IMG/VR virus record: IMGVR_UViG_3300023214_000238
Location: 1-47,268 of that record
Length of the DNA: 47,268 nucleotides
Strand: one strand, 5' to 3'
DNA from: a virus
Taxonomy: Duplodnaviria > Caudoviricetes
Part shown: one piece after another, positions 10,127 through 18,859 of the stretch
How the letters are laid out: every line of letters begins with the position of its first letter
Numbering within the stretch: position 1 is the stretch's first letter
Notes under the pieces: generated by a model
The model's database searches: none
What the model saw: the letters and a program-made list of their open reading frames with translations, nothing else
Told to the model about the DNA's origin: nothing
Program-made: the position numbers and the translations under genes

Positions 10127-10591
10127 ATGGCACAAAAGGTCTTCTCGATCGAATTCACAGACGTCACGGTCAACGCCGGAGCCACGAAGACGGTTGCAGC
10201 CGTCATCACCCCAACCGACCAAGGCGTCGCCCTGTTGGGGGTCAACGTCGGTGGAGACTCCACGTCCGGGTCCGTCAAGCCCACAGACGTTAAAGTCTTC
10301 GTGGGAGCCAACGACGGATCGGCCACAAGCAAAACACCGCGCCCTCTTAGGCCCGGCCTGGGAAACCTGCGTTCCACAGCGAACGTCAACTACACAACAG
10401 AACCGACATACGACACGGCGGAGCCTCTTTTCGAGGGCACGATCCATCCCCAGGTCCCCCGCGAGTGGGTTTTCCCGCCAGGCTCCGGGCGGGAGATATG
10501 GACAGAGAATCAAAAGATCATAGGACTCGTTCTCACAAACAAAGCCGCCGCCGCATACGACTTCAGCGGAAGTCTGCTCTTGGTTGAATAA
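10127..10591 (+). CDS. Putative structural protein
   Basis: AGGA RBS; beta-rich 154 aa. Confidence 0.6.
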   Translation: MAQKVFSIEFTDVTVNAGATKTVAAVITPTDQGVALLGVNVGGDSTSGSVKPTDVKVFVGANDGSATSKTPRPLRPGLGNLRSTANVNYTTEPTYDTAEPLFEGTIHPQVPREWVFPPGSGREIWTENQKIIGLVLTNKAAAAYDFSGSLLLVE

Positions 10592-10983
10592 TGCCGATTC
10601 CCATTGAGACGATTCGCCAGAACGCCGAAGCGGAAAAGGCGAAGCCGTGGCAAGGCGACCATTGGAGACGCCGCCTTGCGGCCCTTGAGGGCGGCGGGTA
10701 TCGCCCGGCCGCTAAGCCGAAACAAGAGGCCAGAAAAAGGGAGAATTGCTCTGGACACAGGAACGAAAATAGTGTAGAATACAAGCGTCCCTCAGATCGG
10801 ACCGTCGTCGAGAACGCGCGGGCGATCAAGAGAATCAGGCAGTGCCCGTTCCTGGAACGGCATTCTTGCACCTGGGGGACATGTCGTTTCTGGGAGAAAC
10901 AAGTGGGGACGAGAGAATGCTTGGCGTGCTTAGATGGATCATTGGCGTTGGAAGATTCACGATCTTCTATGCCCCAATCGTGA
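10591..10983 (+). CDS. Hypothetical Cys-containing protein
   Basis: TAATG coupling; C-terminal CPF...C...C...CLAC cluster. Confidence 0.55.
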   Translation: MPIPIETIRQNAEAEKAKPWQGDHWRRRLAALEGGGYRPAAKPKQEARKRENCSGHRNENSVEYKRPSDRTVVENARAIKRIRQCPFLERHSCTWGTCRFWEKQVGTRECLACLDGSLALEDSRSSMPQS

Positions 10984-11153
10984 TCGCGGCGGTCGGTGTC
11001 AATGCCTTCGTTACCGAGTACAGAGAAAGGATCAACTCATGCCTCTCGAAAATGAACCAAACGATCGAGAACAACGAGAAGCCGTTCGATCCGGACAAAC
11101 TCTGGAGGGAAGGCAAGATATCGGAACGTATGCGGCGTGCACTGAAAGGCTGA
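10917..11153 (+). CDS. Possible small membrane protein
   Basis: N-terminal hydrophobic stretch (FTIFYAPIVIAAVGVNAFV) then polar tail; overlaps neighbours. Confidence 0.4.
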   Translation: MLGVLRWIIGVGRFTIFYAPIVIAAVGVNAFVTEYRERINSCLSKMNQTIENNEKPFDPDKLWREGKISERMRRALKG

Positions 11154-11401
11154 ACGCTCTCGCCTCATGCCATCAGGCCCTAACAGCGTCTTATTGCACG
11201 TCAACCGATCCCGAGACACTGGAAACACTGGACACAATTAGGTCCGCAATGGCCGATATCGCTCGGTCCGAAACGCCCCTCTCAGTTGAAGACTACGAGG
11301 AATTGACCGATGCCGAAATCGCCGACATCGAACGGGAGCTCGAAGCTGAGGCGGACGAATCCATCGACCAATGCGACGTCGAGCAAGACGGTGAATCATG
11401 A
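11039..11401 (+). CDS. Acidic hypothetical protein (start uncertain)
   Basis: Acidic helical C-terminus; stop overlaps next gene start. Confidence 0.4.
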   Translation: MPLENEPNDREQREAVRSGQTLEGRQDIGTYAACTERLNALASCHQALTASYCTSTDPETLETLDTIRSAMADIARSETPLSVEDYEELTDAEIADIERELEAEADESIDQCDVEQDGES

Positions 11402-12314
11402 GACGATTGAGGACATCAACGCGCAGCCTCCCCACGTGAGCAACGCCAGGGTCGCCGAAAGAGTCGGCGTCTCCAAAGCGACAGTGCACAAGTACAGGAA
11501 AAGAAGCCAAGTTCTCCACAGGCGGGATAGGCCATCGGCCGTCTCGCCTAATCTTTTCATTGAGACGTCTCGACCTGAGAGGGTTCTGTTCGTTTCGGAC
11601 TTCCATGTGCCCTTCCATTGCAAGGACTCGTGGGAGGCTCTTGTGTCCGTCGTTAAAAGCAATGACTTCGACATGATCGTCCTTGGGGGCGATCTTTTTG
11701 ATTGCTACTCAGTTTCGAGCCACGAAAAGGACCCTTCGAGGGCTCGGACGATCCAGGATGAGTTTGACGAAGGACGCGAGCTATGGAGGGAGCTCGACGA
11801 AGTTGCACCGAACTCGCGAATCTACTACATTGAGGGGAACCACGAACAGAGAATCCGCCGGCTTCAGTCGCAGAATCCAGGGCTATTCAGTCTAAGATCA
11901 ATGGAGCTTCCGATTGCGGCGGACATGCCGAAGCGATGGAGGTTCTTCAAGAACCAATCGCGAATCAAGATAGGGCCTCTATCTATTCTCCACGGCGACA
12001 TTCGCGGAAGGGGCGGTGGCGGAAAGCACGTCGCCAAGAATGTGCTCGAACAGCTTAGAACTCCCGTCGTATTCGGGCACCATCACCAATTCCAGGATCA
12101 CTACGAAACGCACGCCGATGGCGAAATTCGAGCCGCGTTCGCGACTGGATGTATGTGCGTTCCGGCGTCGATGGACTACATCACGATGCCGAATTGGCAG
12201 AACGGATTCAGGACCATCGAATTCAAGTGGCCTGATGGGATATTCGCCATGCGAAGCCATCTCATCATCAATGGCCAGACCCTTTACGAAGGTGAGTGCC
12301 ATGGGCGAGCATAG
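11391..12314 (+). CDS. Calcineurin-like metallophosphoesterase with N-terminal HTH
   Basis: SDFHVP, GGDLFD, GNHE, HGD and GHHH motifs; HTH SNARVAERVGVSKATVHKY. Confidence 0.88.
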   Translation: MNHETIEDINAQPPHVSNARVAERVGVSKATVHKYRKRSQVLHRRDRPSAVSPNLFIETSRPERVLFVSDFHVPFHCKDSWEALVSVVKSNDFDMIVLGGDLFDCYSVSSHEKDPSRARTIQDEFDEGRELWRELDEVAPNSRIYYIEGNHEQRIRRLQSQNPGLFSLRSMELPIAADMPKRWRFFKNQSRIKIGPLSILHGDIRGRGGGGKHVAKNVLEQLRTPVVFGHHHQFQDHYETHADGEIRAAFATGCMCVPASMDYITMPNWQNGFRTIEFKWPDGIFAMRSHLIINGQTLYEGECHGRA

Positions 12315-12990
12315 TCGCGCCTCGGAATTGATCGACGGGATTGCCGAGGCCGGGTGTGGAACAGACGTGAATCTTGTCGGATCCGGGCCGTCACTGGATG
12401 CCGAACCGCCCCCAGAAGCCGGCGGCGGAATCACCATTGCGATCAATCACTCGATCCGCGTCGTGCCAAGGGCGGACGTCTGGATGGCCTTGGAAGACAA
12501 GCGAAGGTATTCCGGGCTTGAGCAGTTCACGTCCAGCCCCGACATCGCAAAGGTCATCGATTCGCGCAAGGCGGGGGAGTGGCGGGCGGACGGGACGACT
12601 TATGCGGCTGAAGTACATGGAATCGCCGATCCGGGGACGTATCTCTTGGGAGACGACTTGCCAAGAAGAGTTGATAGGCCGGAGTCAAGCTGGGTGTATG
12701 CAGACTCGTTCCTAGCCGCCTTCAAGTTGTCTCTTCTAATAGCCAAAGCGGGCACAGTTCGCCTTTATGGAGTCGATATGGACGCACAGGACGGGGCCGT
12801 CTATTCTTCGGCCGTAGATGGCGCTAACCCAGGGCACAGGGAGCCAAACGAGATAAAGAGAAGAAACAAAAAATACAAAGCAATTCTCGGCTTCCTTGAG
12901 GATGTCGAGCCGGAAATCAAAAGCTGGGGAACAACAGTCCTTTGCTGCTCCCCGAAGAGCGCCATAATCTCAAGGGGCCTCTTTCATTGA
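12301..12990 (+). CDS. DUF115/MptE-like (Maf or sialyltransferase-like Rossmann fold) protein
   Basis: LVGSGPSL, TIAIN and VRLYGVDM motifs in the expected order. Confidence 0.6.
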   Translation: MGEHSRASELIDGIAEAGCGTDVNLVGSGPSLDAEPPPEAGGGITIAINHSIRVVPRADVWMALEDKRRYSGLEQFTSSPDIAKVIDSRKAGEWRADGTTYAAEVHGIADPGTYLLGDDLPRRVDRPESSWVYADSFLAAFKLSLLIAKAGTVRLYGVDMDAQDGAVYSSAVDGANPGHREPNEIKRRNKKYKAILGFLEDVEPEIKSWGTTVLCCSPKSAIISRGLFH

Positions 12991-13008
12991 GAGAACGAAC
13001 TAGGCTCC

Positions 13009-13647
13009 CTAAATCCCGAAAACGGTACACAGAAAGGCCATCGCCTGAAAGATGGGCGCGATGCTGTCATCATAAGAGTTGCCGATGTGTTTCGCCTCAA
13101 ACCCAATGCAGCCGACGGAGGCTTCTTCGAAGTAATGGCGAATGTCCTTCTCGGATTCATGGCTGGCGAGGCGTTCGTGATCTTCGAGGCTCAAGCCAAG
13201 CCTGGCTCGCCTTACCTTTTTAGGCGCGCTGACGTAAAACAGAACGAAATTCGATCCGGGGCGTCTGAGAATCCACTCCATCTCGTTCTGGAAGCGGACG
13301 TCGGGGATGATAAAGAGGTCGGGGCGGTGCCCGGAGTTCGTCCTTGCTTCATTTTTTATGAATTCCTCCATCTTGAGAATCCAGTAGTCGGGGTTCTCCG
13401 CCCGACGCTCCATTCCTCGTTTCTGAAGGGCCTTCCTCACTTCCGGGGGCGTAGGCTTGGCTCGCAGACTGAGTAGGCTTTTTCCGGTGTGTTCGTGTTC
13501 TTCCCGCCGGACGTGATCGCCAAAACCGCAGATGTGAATGGCCTCGAAATCGCCGTAGTCCCCAAGAAGCCCGGCGATGTGTTCTGCCAAGTAGCTTTTG
13601 CCCGACCCCGACTGGCCTGCGAGCCCGATGATGTAGTTATCTCCCAT
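13009..13647 (-). CDS. Deoxynucleoside monophosphate kinase (P-loop)
   Basis: IIGLAGQSGSGKS Walker A; LQKRGMERR, IIPDVRFQNE and HESE motifs; AGGAG RBS. Confidence 0.85.
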   Translation of the reverse strand: MGDNYIIGLAGQSGSGKSYLAEHIAGLLGDYGDFEAIHICGFGDHVRREEHEHTGKSLLSLRAKPTPPEVRKALQKRGMERRAENPDYWILKMEEFIKNEARTNSGHRPDLFIIPDVRFQNEMEWILRRPGSNFVLFYVSAPKKVRRARLGLSLEDHERLASHESEKDIRHYFEEASVGCIGFEAKHIGNSYDDSIAPIFQAMAFLCTVFGI

Positions 13648-13873
13648 CGATTTCGCTCCTCTCAGTAATTCCTGGTTTGGCGAAAAGTGTTGCGTGATAT
13701 GTGAGTTCGCCGTGATCGAACACATCAAGGCCAAGCATCGCCATGTAGTCGTTGACCTTTCTGAGTGCCTTCTGAACAAGGGGCGACGACTCAGTGACGC
13801 CCTCAGATATCAAGCATTGGTGCCTTTTCGCGTTGCTTCGGAGCCGTGTCAAGTATATTTTTCGCTCGCTCAT
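13637..13873 (-). CDS. Hypothetical protein
   Basis: Fills the leftward operon between kinase and DUF4406 gene. Confidence 0.5.
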   Translation of the reverse strand: MSERKIYLTRLRSNAKRHQCLISEGVTESSPLVQKALRKVNDYMAMLGLDVFDHGELTYHATLFAKPGITERSEIDGR

Positions 13874-14390
13874 TCTGTCTGTCCCCAATGATCCTTCTGT
13901 GTTCTTGGGTCGCCCAGACATGGCCGAAGACGAGCCAGAAAATGTCTGACCAGTCGCCAAGATTGAACTTGAGGCCCTTCAGGGCATACGTGAGTTGCCC
14001 GTCCTCTGTGATCGTGAATGGATGGAGGCCCACCATCAGAGCGGCGGAGAGTTCACACGACGCCCCGACAGAAGATTCCCACTCTGGGAGAAGGACGATG
14101 TTGTTGCACTGCGAGAGATGTTGAAAGTCTTCTCTCAAAAAACAGGCCCGCTCCAACGGAGTGCATTCGCCACTTCCCAAGGGAGTAAGCCCCTCGTTCT
14201 TCGGAAGCGTGTGAGGATTGATGACGTGTGTGTCGTATGTCATCGCCAGCCAGATTGAAACGTCCTTGAACTCATCCTTGTTCAAGTCTGGCTTGCCGCT
14301 CATTGGCCCCGAAACGTAGATTCCGCCTGAAAGGGAACCCGTGTAGGTGTACGGACGTCCGAATATCTCAATTTTGCGATCAAGGATCAT
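13803..14390 (-). CDS. DUF4406 (nucleoside 2-deoxyribosyltransferase-like) protein
   Basis: IYVSGPMSG, VINPH and LSQCNNIVLLPEWESSVGASCE motifs. Confidence 0.85.
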   Translation of the reverse strand: MILDRKIEIFGRPYTYTGSLSGGIYVSGPMSGKPDLNKDEFKDVSIWLAMTYDTHVINPHTLPKNEGLTPLGSGECTPLERACFLREDFQHLSQCNNIVLLPEWESSVGASCELSAALMVGLHPFTITEDGQLTYALKGLKFNLGDWSDIFWLVFGHVWATQEHRRIIGDRQNERAKNILDTAPKQREKAPMLDI

Positions 14391-14405
14391 AGGAGAACCC
14401 CCATC

Positions 14406-14777
14406 TTAGGGAAAGATGTCGTTATTGTGGTATCCGAACCTCCACAGTTCCGTCTGCACCGAGTGGGCGCGATGCCAGGCATCATCGGCGAGACGGACGG
14501 CTTCCTGGAGGGCGAGAATTGACGCACCTGGATTCAACCTCGGTCGCCTCACCTGCGCGTCGCGGAGACGGCGGTGAGCGTCCCACGCATCAGCCAAGGC
14601 CCGTTTCATCTCTCTGTCATACTTCTCCCTTGCGTCCTTGTCCTTTTGTTTCAGAAGAGAATGAACGTAGCCCACCTTGAAGGTGGCGGACTGGACGTCG
14701 TTGTGAGCCTTGTAGGCAAGAGCGTCTTCATAGACGGCGGTAAGGAAAGCCACTGAAGCGACGATGGCGGAAATCAT
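14406..14777 (-). CDS. Hypothetical protein with hydrophobic N-terminus
   Basis: First ORF after leftward promoter; GGAG RBS. Confidence 0.6.
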   Translation of the reverse strand: MISAIVASVAFLTAVYEDALAYKAHNDVQSATFKVGYVHSLLKQKDKDAREKYDREMKRALADAWDAHRRLRDAQVRRPRLNPGASILALQEAVRLADDAWHRAHSVQTELWRFGYHNNDIFP

Positions 14778-14826
14778 TGGGCTGGCGTCTCCAAACCAAA
14801 GGTGGTCGGCACCCCGAACATCTCAA

Positions 14827-14855
14827 AGCATACCCGAAATCCGTTCCCATGTCAA
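14827..14855 (-). promoter_or_regulatory. Sigma-70-type leftward promoter
   Basis: TTGACA-N17-TATGCT on minus strand. Confidence 0.75.
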
Positions 14856-14913
14856 TAGGAGTAACCAAGTTTCAAAAATAATTGAATGTCCGTCCGAATA
14901 TTGAGAATGCAAT

Positions 14914-15410
14914 GACCGTCTAATGATAGACAGTCGCTCTACACCATTCCCGTTTGGCAACCGGCGGGAACCGTTGAATAGACGGAAACCCAGAATGGGG
15001 AGTAACTTGGGGCAGAATAGCTCAAAAACAAGGCGCTCGCGTCCCGGCCGACATACCGGGCCGTCGCCTTGGCGGTTTCGTGTGGCTTCCGCGCCCTGTA
15101 TGTTCTTCTCACACTCTGATTCCGTCGCCGGGCGTCTTCCATACAGAAGGCGTTTGCTGCCCTATTCCGGAGGGGCTTCGTCACCCCCAGGGCTGAAACA
15201 TCTGTTTCCTCGCATAATGAAATTCCGGGCTCTGCTGGAGGCTTGCATCCCGGTGGCGATACGCCCACCTCTCGGTGGGGAACTATTCGGGGAAACAGAG
15301 GCTTCGCCGGCTTCCGGCTGGACTTCCAGCTAGAAACAACGCAACGGAGAGCACAGAAGACTCGCCTCCGGATACGTACTAGTATCGCCGGAAAGCCGAC
15401 GGTATGCGCA
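14914..15410. ncRNA. Candidate large structured non-coding RNA (unassigned; + strand favoured)
   Basis: Dense hairpins plus long-range helices 15008-15015/15157-15164 and 15201-15212/15288-15299 with G-U pairs on +; no convincing ORF. Confidence 0.55.
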
Positions 15411-15476
15411 GTGGGAATAGTGAAATCATGCGAAAGTTCATCAACTTAGTGAAGATTAAAAATCCCCAGCTTGGGG

Positions 15477-15505
15477 TTGACATGGACTTGGAGTTGGTGT
15501 AGAAT
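15477..15505 (+). promoter_or_regulatory. Sigma-70-type promoter
   Basis: TTGACA-N17-TAGAAT upstream of radical SAM gene. Confidence 0.8.
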
Positions 15506-15548
15506 GCCCTCAATCGAAAACCGAATGGCTTCTCGGGGAGGCAAAGCA

Positions 15549-16997
15549 TTGAGGATTCACAACCTGAGGTTCGGTCTTGCGACGAATTCGTCATCGACGC
15601 ACTCGCTGATCTTTCTAGAGCCGGGAGCTGAGCGAAAGGCCCACGACGACTGTGAGAGCGGAAACTACGGGTGGAAATACTTCACACTCAAGAGTCAGGG
15701 TGAAAAGGCGAAATATCTTGCAATCATGGTTCGCGACCAGCTTGTCGATCAGGTTCCCGACGGATACATTAGGGTGCTTCTGAACGACTGGTTGGGAACA
15801 GACGTTTCCGACGTGGCCGAGTCCGGCTATGAGAACTACACATATGTCGATCACCAGTCGAGATACACCTTCCCGCTTGCATACGGCCACAGAGTGATCG
15901 ACGAAGAATTCATCAAGGAGGTTTCGGCCCTTCTAAGGAGAAGCGACGTGGCGGTCCTCGGGGGGAACGACAACGACGATCGAGATCACCCCCTTTTAGG
16001 CTCCGGCTCGACGTTCAGCCTTCCGCTGCCCCAGGATTCGCGGGACACCCTCGTTTGCCGCAAAGATGAGAAATACGGCTATTGGGCGGTCTTCAATCGC
16101 GACACGGGGACGAAGGTCCGGTTCAGCTTGTCAGCCGACTCGCCGGAATTCGATTTGAGCCCGGAGAAGTCATACGCACCGGAACTGGTTGATCTCAAGA
16201 TAACGGACTATTGTCCGATAGGATGCCCGTTCTGCTATCAGTCATCGACAACCGAAGGGGGTCATTCCAAGGTCTTGGAGTCCGGAATACTCGAAGCTCT
16301 TGGAGAGGCGAAAGTTTTCGAGGTCGCCATTGGCGGCGGGGAGCCGACTCTTCACCCGGATTTTACTGGCATCTTGAAGGAATGCCGGAAACTTGGAATG
16401 GTTCCCAATTTCACCACGAAGAGCCTCCTTTGGCTCAAGAAGCCCGATCGGGCTAAGGTCGTCCTTGAGAATTGCGGGGCGTTCGCGTTCTCGGTCTCCA
16501 AGTTGAGCGAGGCGATCAAGCTCATGAAGCGCCTCAGCGAACTTGGGGTGGACCCAAGGAAGGTCAACCTTCAGCTTGTGATGGGCGTCGTGAGCCGCAA
16601 TGAGTTCAAAGGCATCCTCTCGCTTGCTGAAGATCGCGGAGTTCGCGTCACCCTCTTAGGATTCAAGCACGTTGGATTCGGGGCGGAATATGAGCCCGAT
16701 CATCTTTTGGACTACTCATGGTGGCTCGACGTCGTTCAAGAACTGAAGGAGGCCTATCGTTGTCCGCCCATTGGCATTGACACGGCCCTTGCGTCCGATT
16801 ATCGAGAGGAGCTAAACAAGAAGGGGGTCTCCCGAATGCTTTACGAAACTCAAGAGGGGAAGTTTTCGTGCTATATCGACGCTGTCACGAGGAAGATCGG
16901 CCCGTCCTCCTACTGCAATCCGAGCCTCATGAAGGGGTTGCACAAATCCAAATGCTGGCTCGAAGAGGACATCTTGGAGAAATTCGCCCAATTTTGA
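15549..16997 (+). CDS. Radical SAM protein with N-terminal TNSSS-motif domain
   Basis: CPIGCPFC (CxxxCxxC), GGGEPTLH, C-terminal SCYIDAV...PSS; TTG start after GGAGG. Confidence 0.9.
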   Translation: MRIHNLRFGLATNSSSTHSLIFLEPGAERKAHDDCESGNYGWKYFTLKSQGEKAKYLAIMVRDQLVDQVPDGYIRVLLNDWLGTDVSDVAESGYENYTYVDHQSRYTFPLAYGHRVIDEEFIKEVSALLRRSDVAVLGGNDNDDRDHPLLGSGSTFSLPLPQDSRDTLVCRKDEKYGYWAVFNRDTGTKVRFSLSADSPEFDLSPEKSYAPELVDLKITDYCPIGCPFCYQSSTTEGGHSKVLESGILEALGEAKVFEVAIGGGEPTLHPDFTGILKECRKLGMVPNFTTKSLLWLKKPDRAKVVLENCGAFAFSVSKLSEAIKLMKRLSELGVDPRKVNLQLVMGVVSRNEFKGILSLAEDRGVRVTLLGFKHVGFGAEYEPDHLLDYSWWLDVVQELKEAYRCPPIGIDTALASDYREELNKKGVSRMLYETQEGKFSCYIDAVTRKIGPSSYCNPSLMKGLHKSKCWLEEDILEKFAQF

Positions 16998-16999
16998 TC

Positions 17000-17028
17000 T
17001 TGACACAGGAAGCGAATCCTGTTACAGT
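17000..17028 (+). promoter_or_regulatory. Sigma-70-type promoter with internal palindrome
   Basis: TTGACA-N17-TACAGT; ACAGGA-N6-TCCTGT inverted repeat across the spacer. Confidence 0.65.
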
Positions 17029-17076
17029 ATCACAAGTCCGATTCACAACCCTTCCGTCTACAGAGGAGCAAAGCTC

Positions 17077-17208
17077 ATGAACAATGAAGACGAGTTCGAT
17101 GGGTGTTTTCTGGCGTCCCTAACCGGCATCGGCGTTCTTTCCATCGCGTCGATCGCGTTTTTCGTCTGGGTCGTAGTCAAGCTCATGGCTCACTTCGGAG
17201 TTTTGTAA
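17077..17208 (+). CDS. 43-aa single-pass membrane protein (not in ORF track)
   Basis: GAGGAG RBS; MNNEDEFDGCFLASLTGIGVLSIASIAFFVWVVVKLMAHFGVL. Confidence 0.7.
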   Translation: MNNEDEFDGCFLASLTGIGVLSIASIAFFVWVVVKLMAHFGVL

Positions 17209-17214
17209 CACCAA

Positions 17215-17253
17215 GTGCACTGAAAAGCTGAAGCGTTCAGTCTTTCAGTGCAC
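17215..17253. other. Long intergenic stem-loop
   Basis: GTGCACTGAAA...TTTCAGTGCAC perfect 11 bp plus inner CTGAA/TTCAG stem. Confidence 0.7.
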
Positions 17254-17286
17254 GCACAAAAGGCGAGAAAGCGAGGCAGGTCGATA

Positions 17287-17883
17287 ATGGAGGCGACTCA
17301 GGAACAGATCGATGAGCAAGTCAAAGACGCAATTATCCTCGTCAGGTCGATGGCGGCGAAATGGTCAAAGGTGGGACAAGGAATTCCAAATTATGAGGAC
17401 TACGAGTCGGCAGGCAATGAGGTCATAGCGGAAAGCCTCAAAACGTTCGATTCCTCAAGGGGGGTCACATTTGCGGCCTACTGTCACCGGGCTCTTGTCT
17501 GGAAATTCACCCAAGAAACGAAACGCCTAATGACGGGGGGACTTGCGTGGACCGGAGCTTGTCGCAAGAGAATAACGGACCTCATGATCAAGGAGAAATT
17601 CAATGATGCGGAGTATGAAGAGTTCCTTCGGTCAGTTGAATCCCGAGAGACGAATCACGAAGACTACATCGACTTCATCGACGCCAAGGAAGAACTCAAA
17701 GCGGGAATGACACCTGAAGAAAGAGGCGTGTTCGAGGCTATTGTCCAAGTCGCTCCACAGTGGCTTCTCAATGCCGATTACGCCAAAGAGGCGGGCCTTA
17801 CGTACAATGAGGTCAAGTACATCAAAGAACAAGCACGAAGAAAGGCGAAAGAGAATGCAGGGCGAATTCGTTTCGGAGCTTGA
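17287..17883 (+). CDS. Second sigma-70-like protein
   Basis: LVRSMAAKW...YEDYESAG...SLKTFDSSRGVTFAAY (region 2); MTPEER...YAKEAGLTYNEVKYIKEQARRK (region 4-like HTH). Confidence 0.75.
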   Translation: MEATQEQIDEQVKDAIILVRSMAAKWSKVGQGIPNYEDYESAGNEVIAESLKTFDSSRGVTFAAYCHRALVWKFTQETKRLMTGGLAWTGACRKRITDLMIKEKFNDAEYEEFLRSVESRETNHEDYIDFIDAKEELKAGMTPEERGVFEAIVQVAPQWLLNADYAKEAGLTYNEVKYIKEQARRKAKENAGRIRFGA

Positions 17884-18859
17884 GCGATTGTCCTTGGAGA
17901 GCGCGGCTGATATTGAGGCCGGGTGCTGCGAAGGTGAATCGCCGAACTGCGCTGACGCTGAGGACACAAGCAATCGTATTCTCGTCGTGAACAAGCACGA
18001 CGTTGAACAGTATCGAGTCCTCGAAAAGGACGGCATTGCGGGGATCAACGCGCTTTTTTCCAAGTGCGACTTCCATACGGTGGACCGCGACAGAGCGGAA
18101 AGGAATACTCTGCTGCTTCAAGTTGTCCCCTACGTGGTCGTATTCGCTCCCGTTGACGGCGAAACGAAGGTGCTGGTTTACAACAGGGGCGAAATTGAAT
18201 CCGAGGGACGGCTTCACGGGAAAACGTCAATTGGCGTGGGAGGCCACATCGAATGGGAAGACCTGGACGCCGCCGACGGAAGCGCCCTGCGGGCCCTGGA
18301 GGTTTGCGCGCAAAGGGAACTCTATGAGGAGTTTGGGATCTATTACCCGCACACGACCCAACTCTATTATGATTCGCTGATCTATGACGACTCCAATGAC
18401 GTTGGCAAGGTTCACCTTGGTGTTTTGATGAAGGTTTTGACCTACAGGCCGGAGCTTTTATTTTCCAGGTTCGATTACAATTGGGAAAGCCAGGCGAACC
18501 TTTCAAACGCCCTTGATAACATGGAGCCCTGGTCTCGGGCTGCCACCGTTAGGCTTGGGAATCAGCGTGCTGTTGAAGAGCCGTCACTGTTTTACGTCTC
18601 CTACGACGGTCCGGACGGCTCGACGAAAGTCGATCTTGCTTGGGCGGCGAAGGCTGCCGACGTCTTGAGCAAACTTAGGGAGTCTGAACTTCGGGACAAT
18701 GGCAAGCCACGCCCGAACGCCGGCGTCATCGGCGTTGCGCCCAGGGGAGTCCTTGAGGGGATTTCTCCCTTGAGGCCGGAGCGGGGCTCCGCCGTGTTTG
18801 AGTGGCGGCGCGCGGTGTACTGCCGGGTCTTTTCCAACAGCAACGAGGAGGCCAAGTGA
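17855..18859 (+). CDS. NUDIX-fold predicted phosphoesterase (COG4112-like) with C-terminal extension
   Basis: QVVPYVV, EGRLHGKTSIGVGGHI, RELYEE and VGKVHLG motifs. Confidence 0.8.
   Translation: MQGEFVSELERLSLESAADIEAGCCEGESPNCADAEDTSNRILVVNKHDVEQYRVLEKDGIAGINALFSKCDFHTVDRDRAERNTLLLQVVPYVVVFAPVDGETKVLVYNRGEIESEGRLHGKTSIGVGGHIEWEDLDAADGSALRALEVCAQRELYEEFGIYYPHTTQLYYDSLIYDDSNDVGKVHLGVLMKVLTYRPELLFSRFDYNWESQANLSNALDNMEPWSRAATVRLGNQRAVEEPSLFYVSYDGPDGSTKVDLAWAAKAADVLSKLRESELRDNGKPRPNAGVIGVAPRGVLEGISPLRPERGSAVFEWRRAVYCRVFSNSNEEAK

Noticed and set aside
14923-15333. 136-aa ORF (and 14939-15268 on minus strand) as real genes
   Set aside because: No RBS or motif, Arg/Pro/Ser-rich composition; better explained by RNA structure
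15219-15370. RNase P RNA or tmRNA (GAAATTCCGGGCTC and GCAACGGAGAGCA faintly resemble RNase P)
   Set aside because: The 3' P4 strand and other universal RNase P elements were not found; no tRNA-like ends or T-loop for tmRNA
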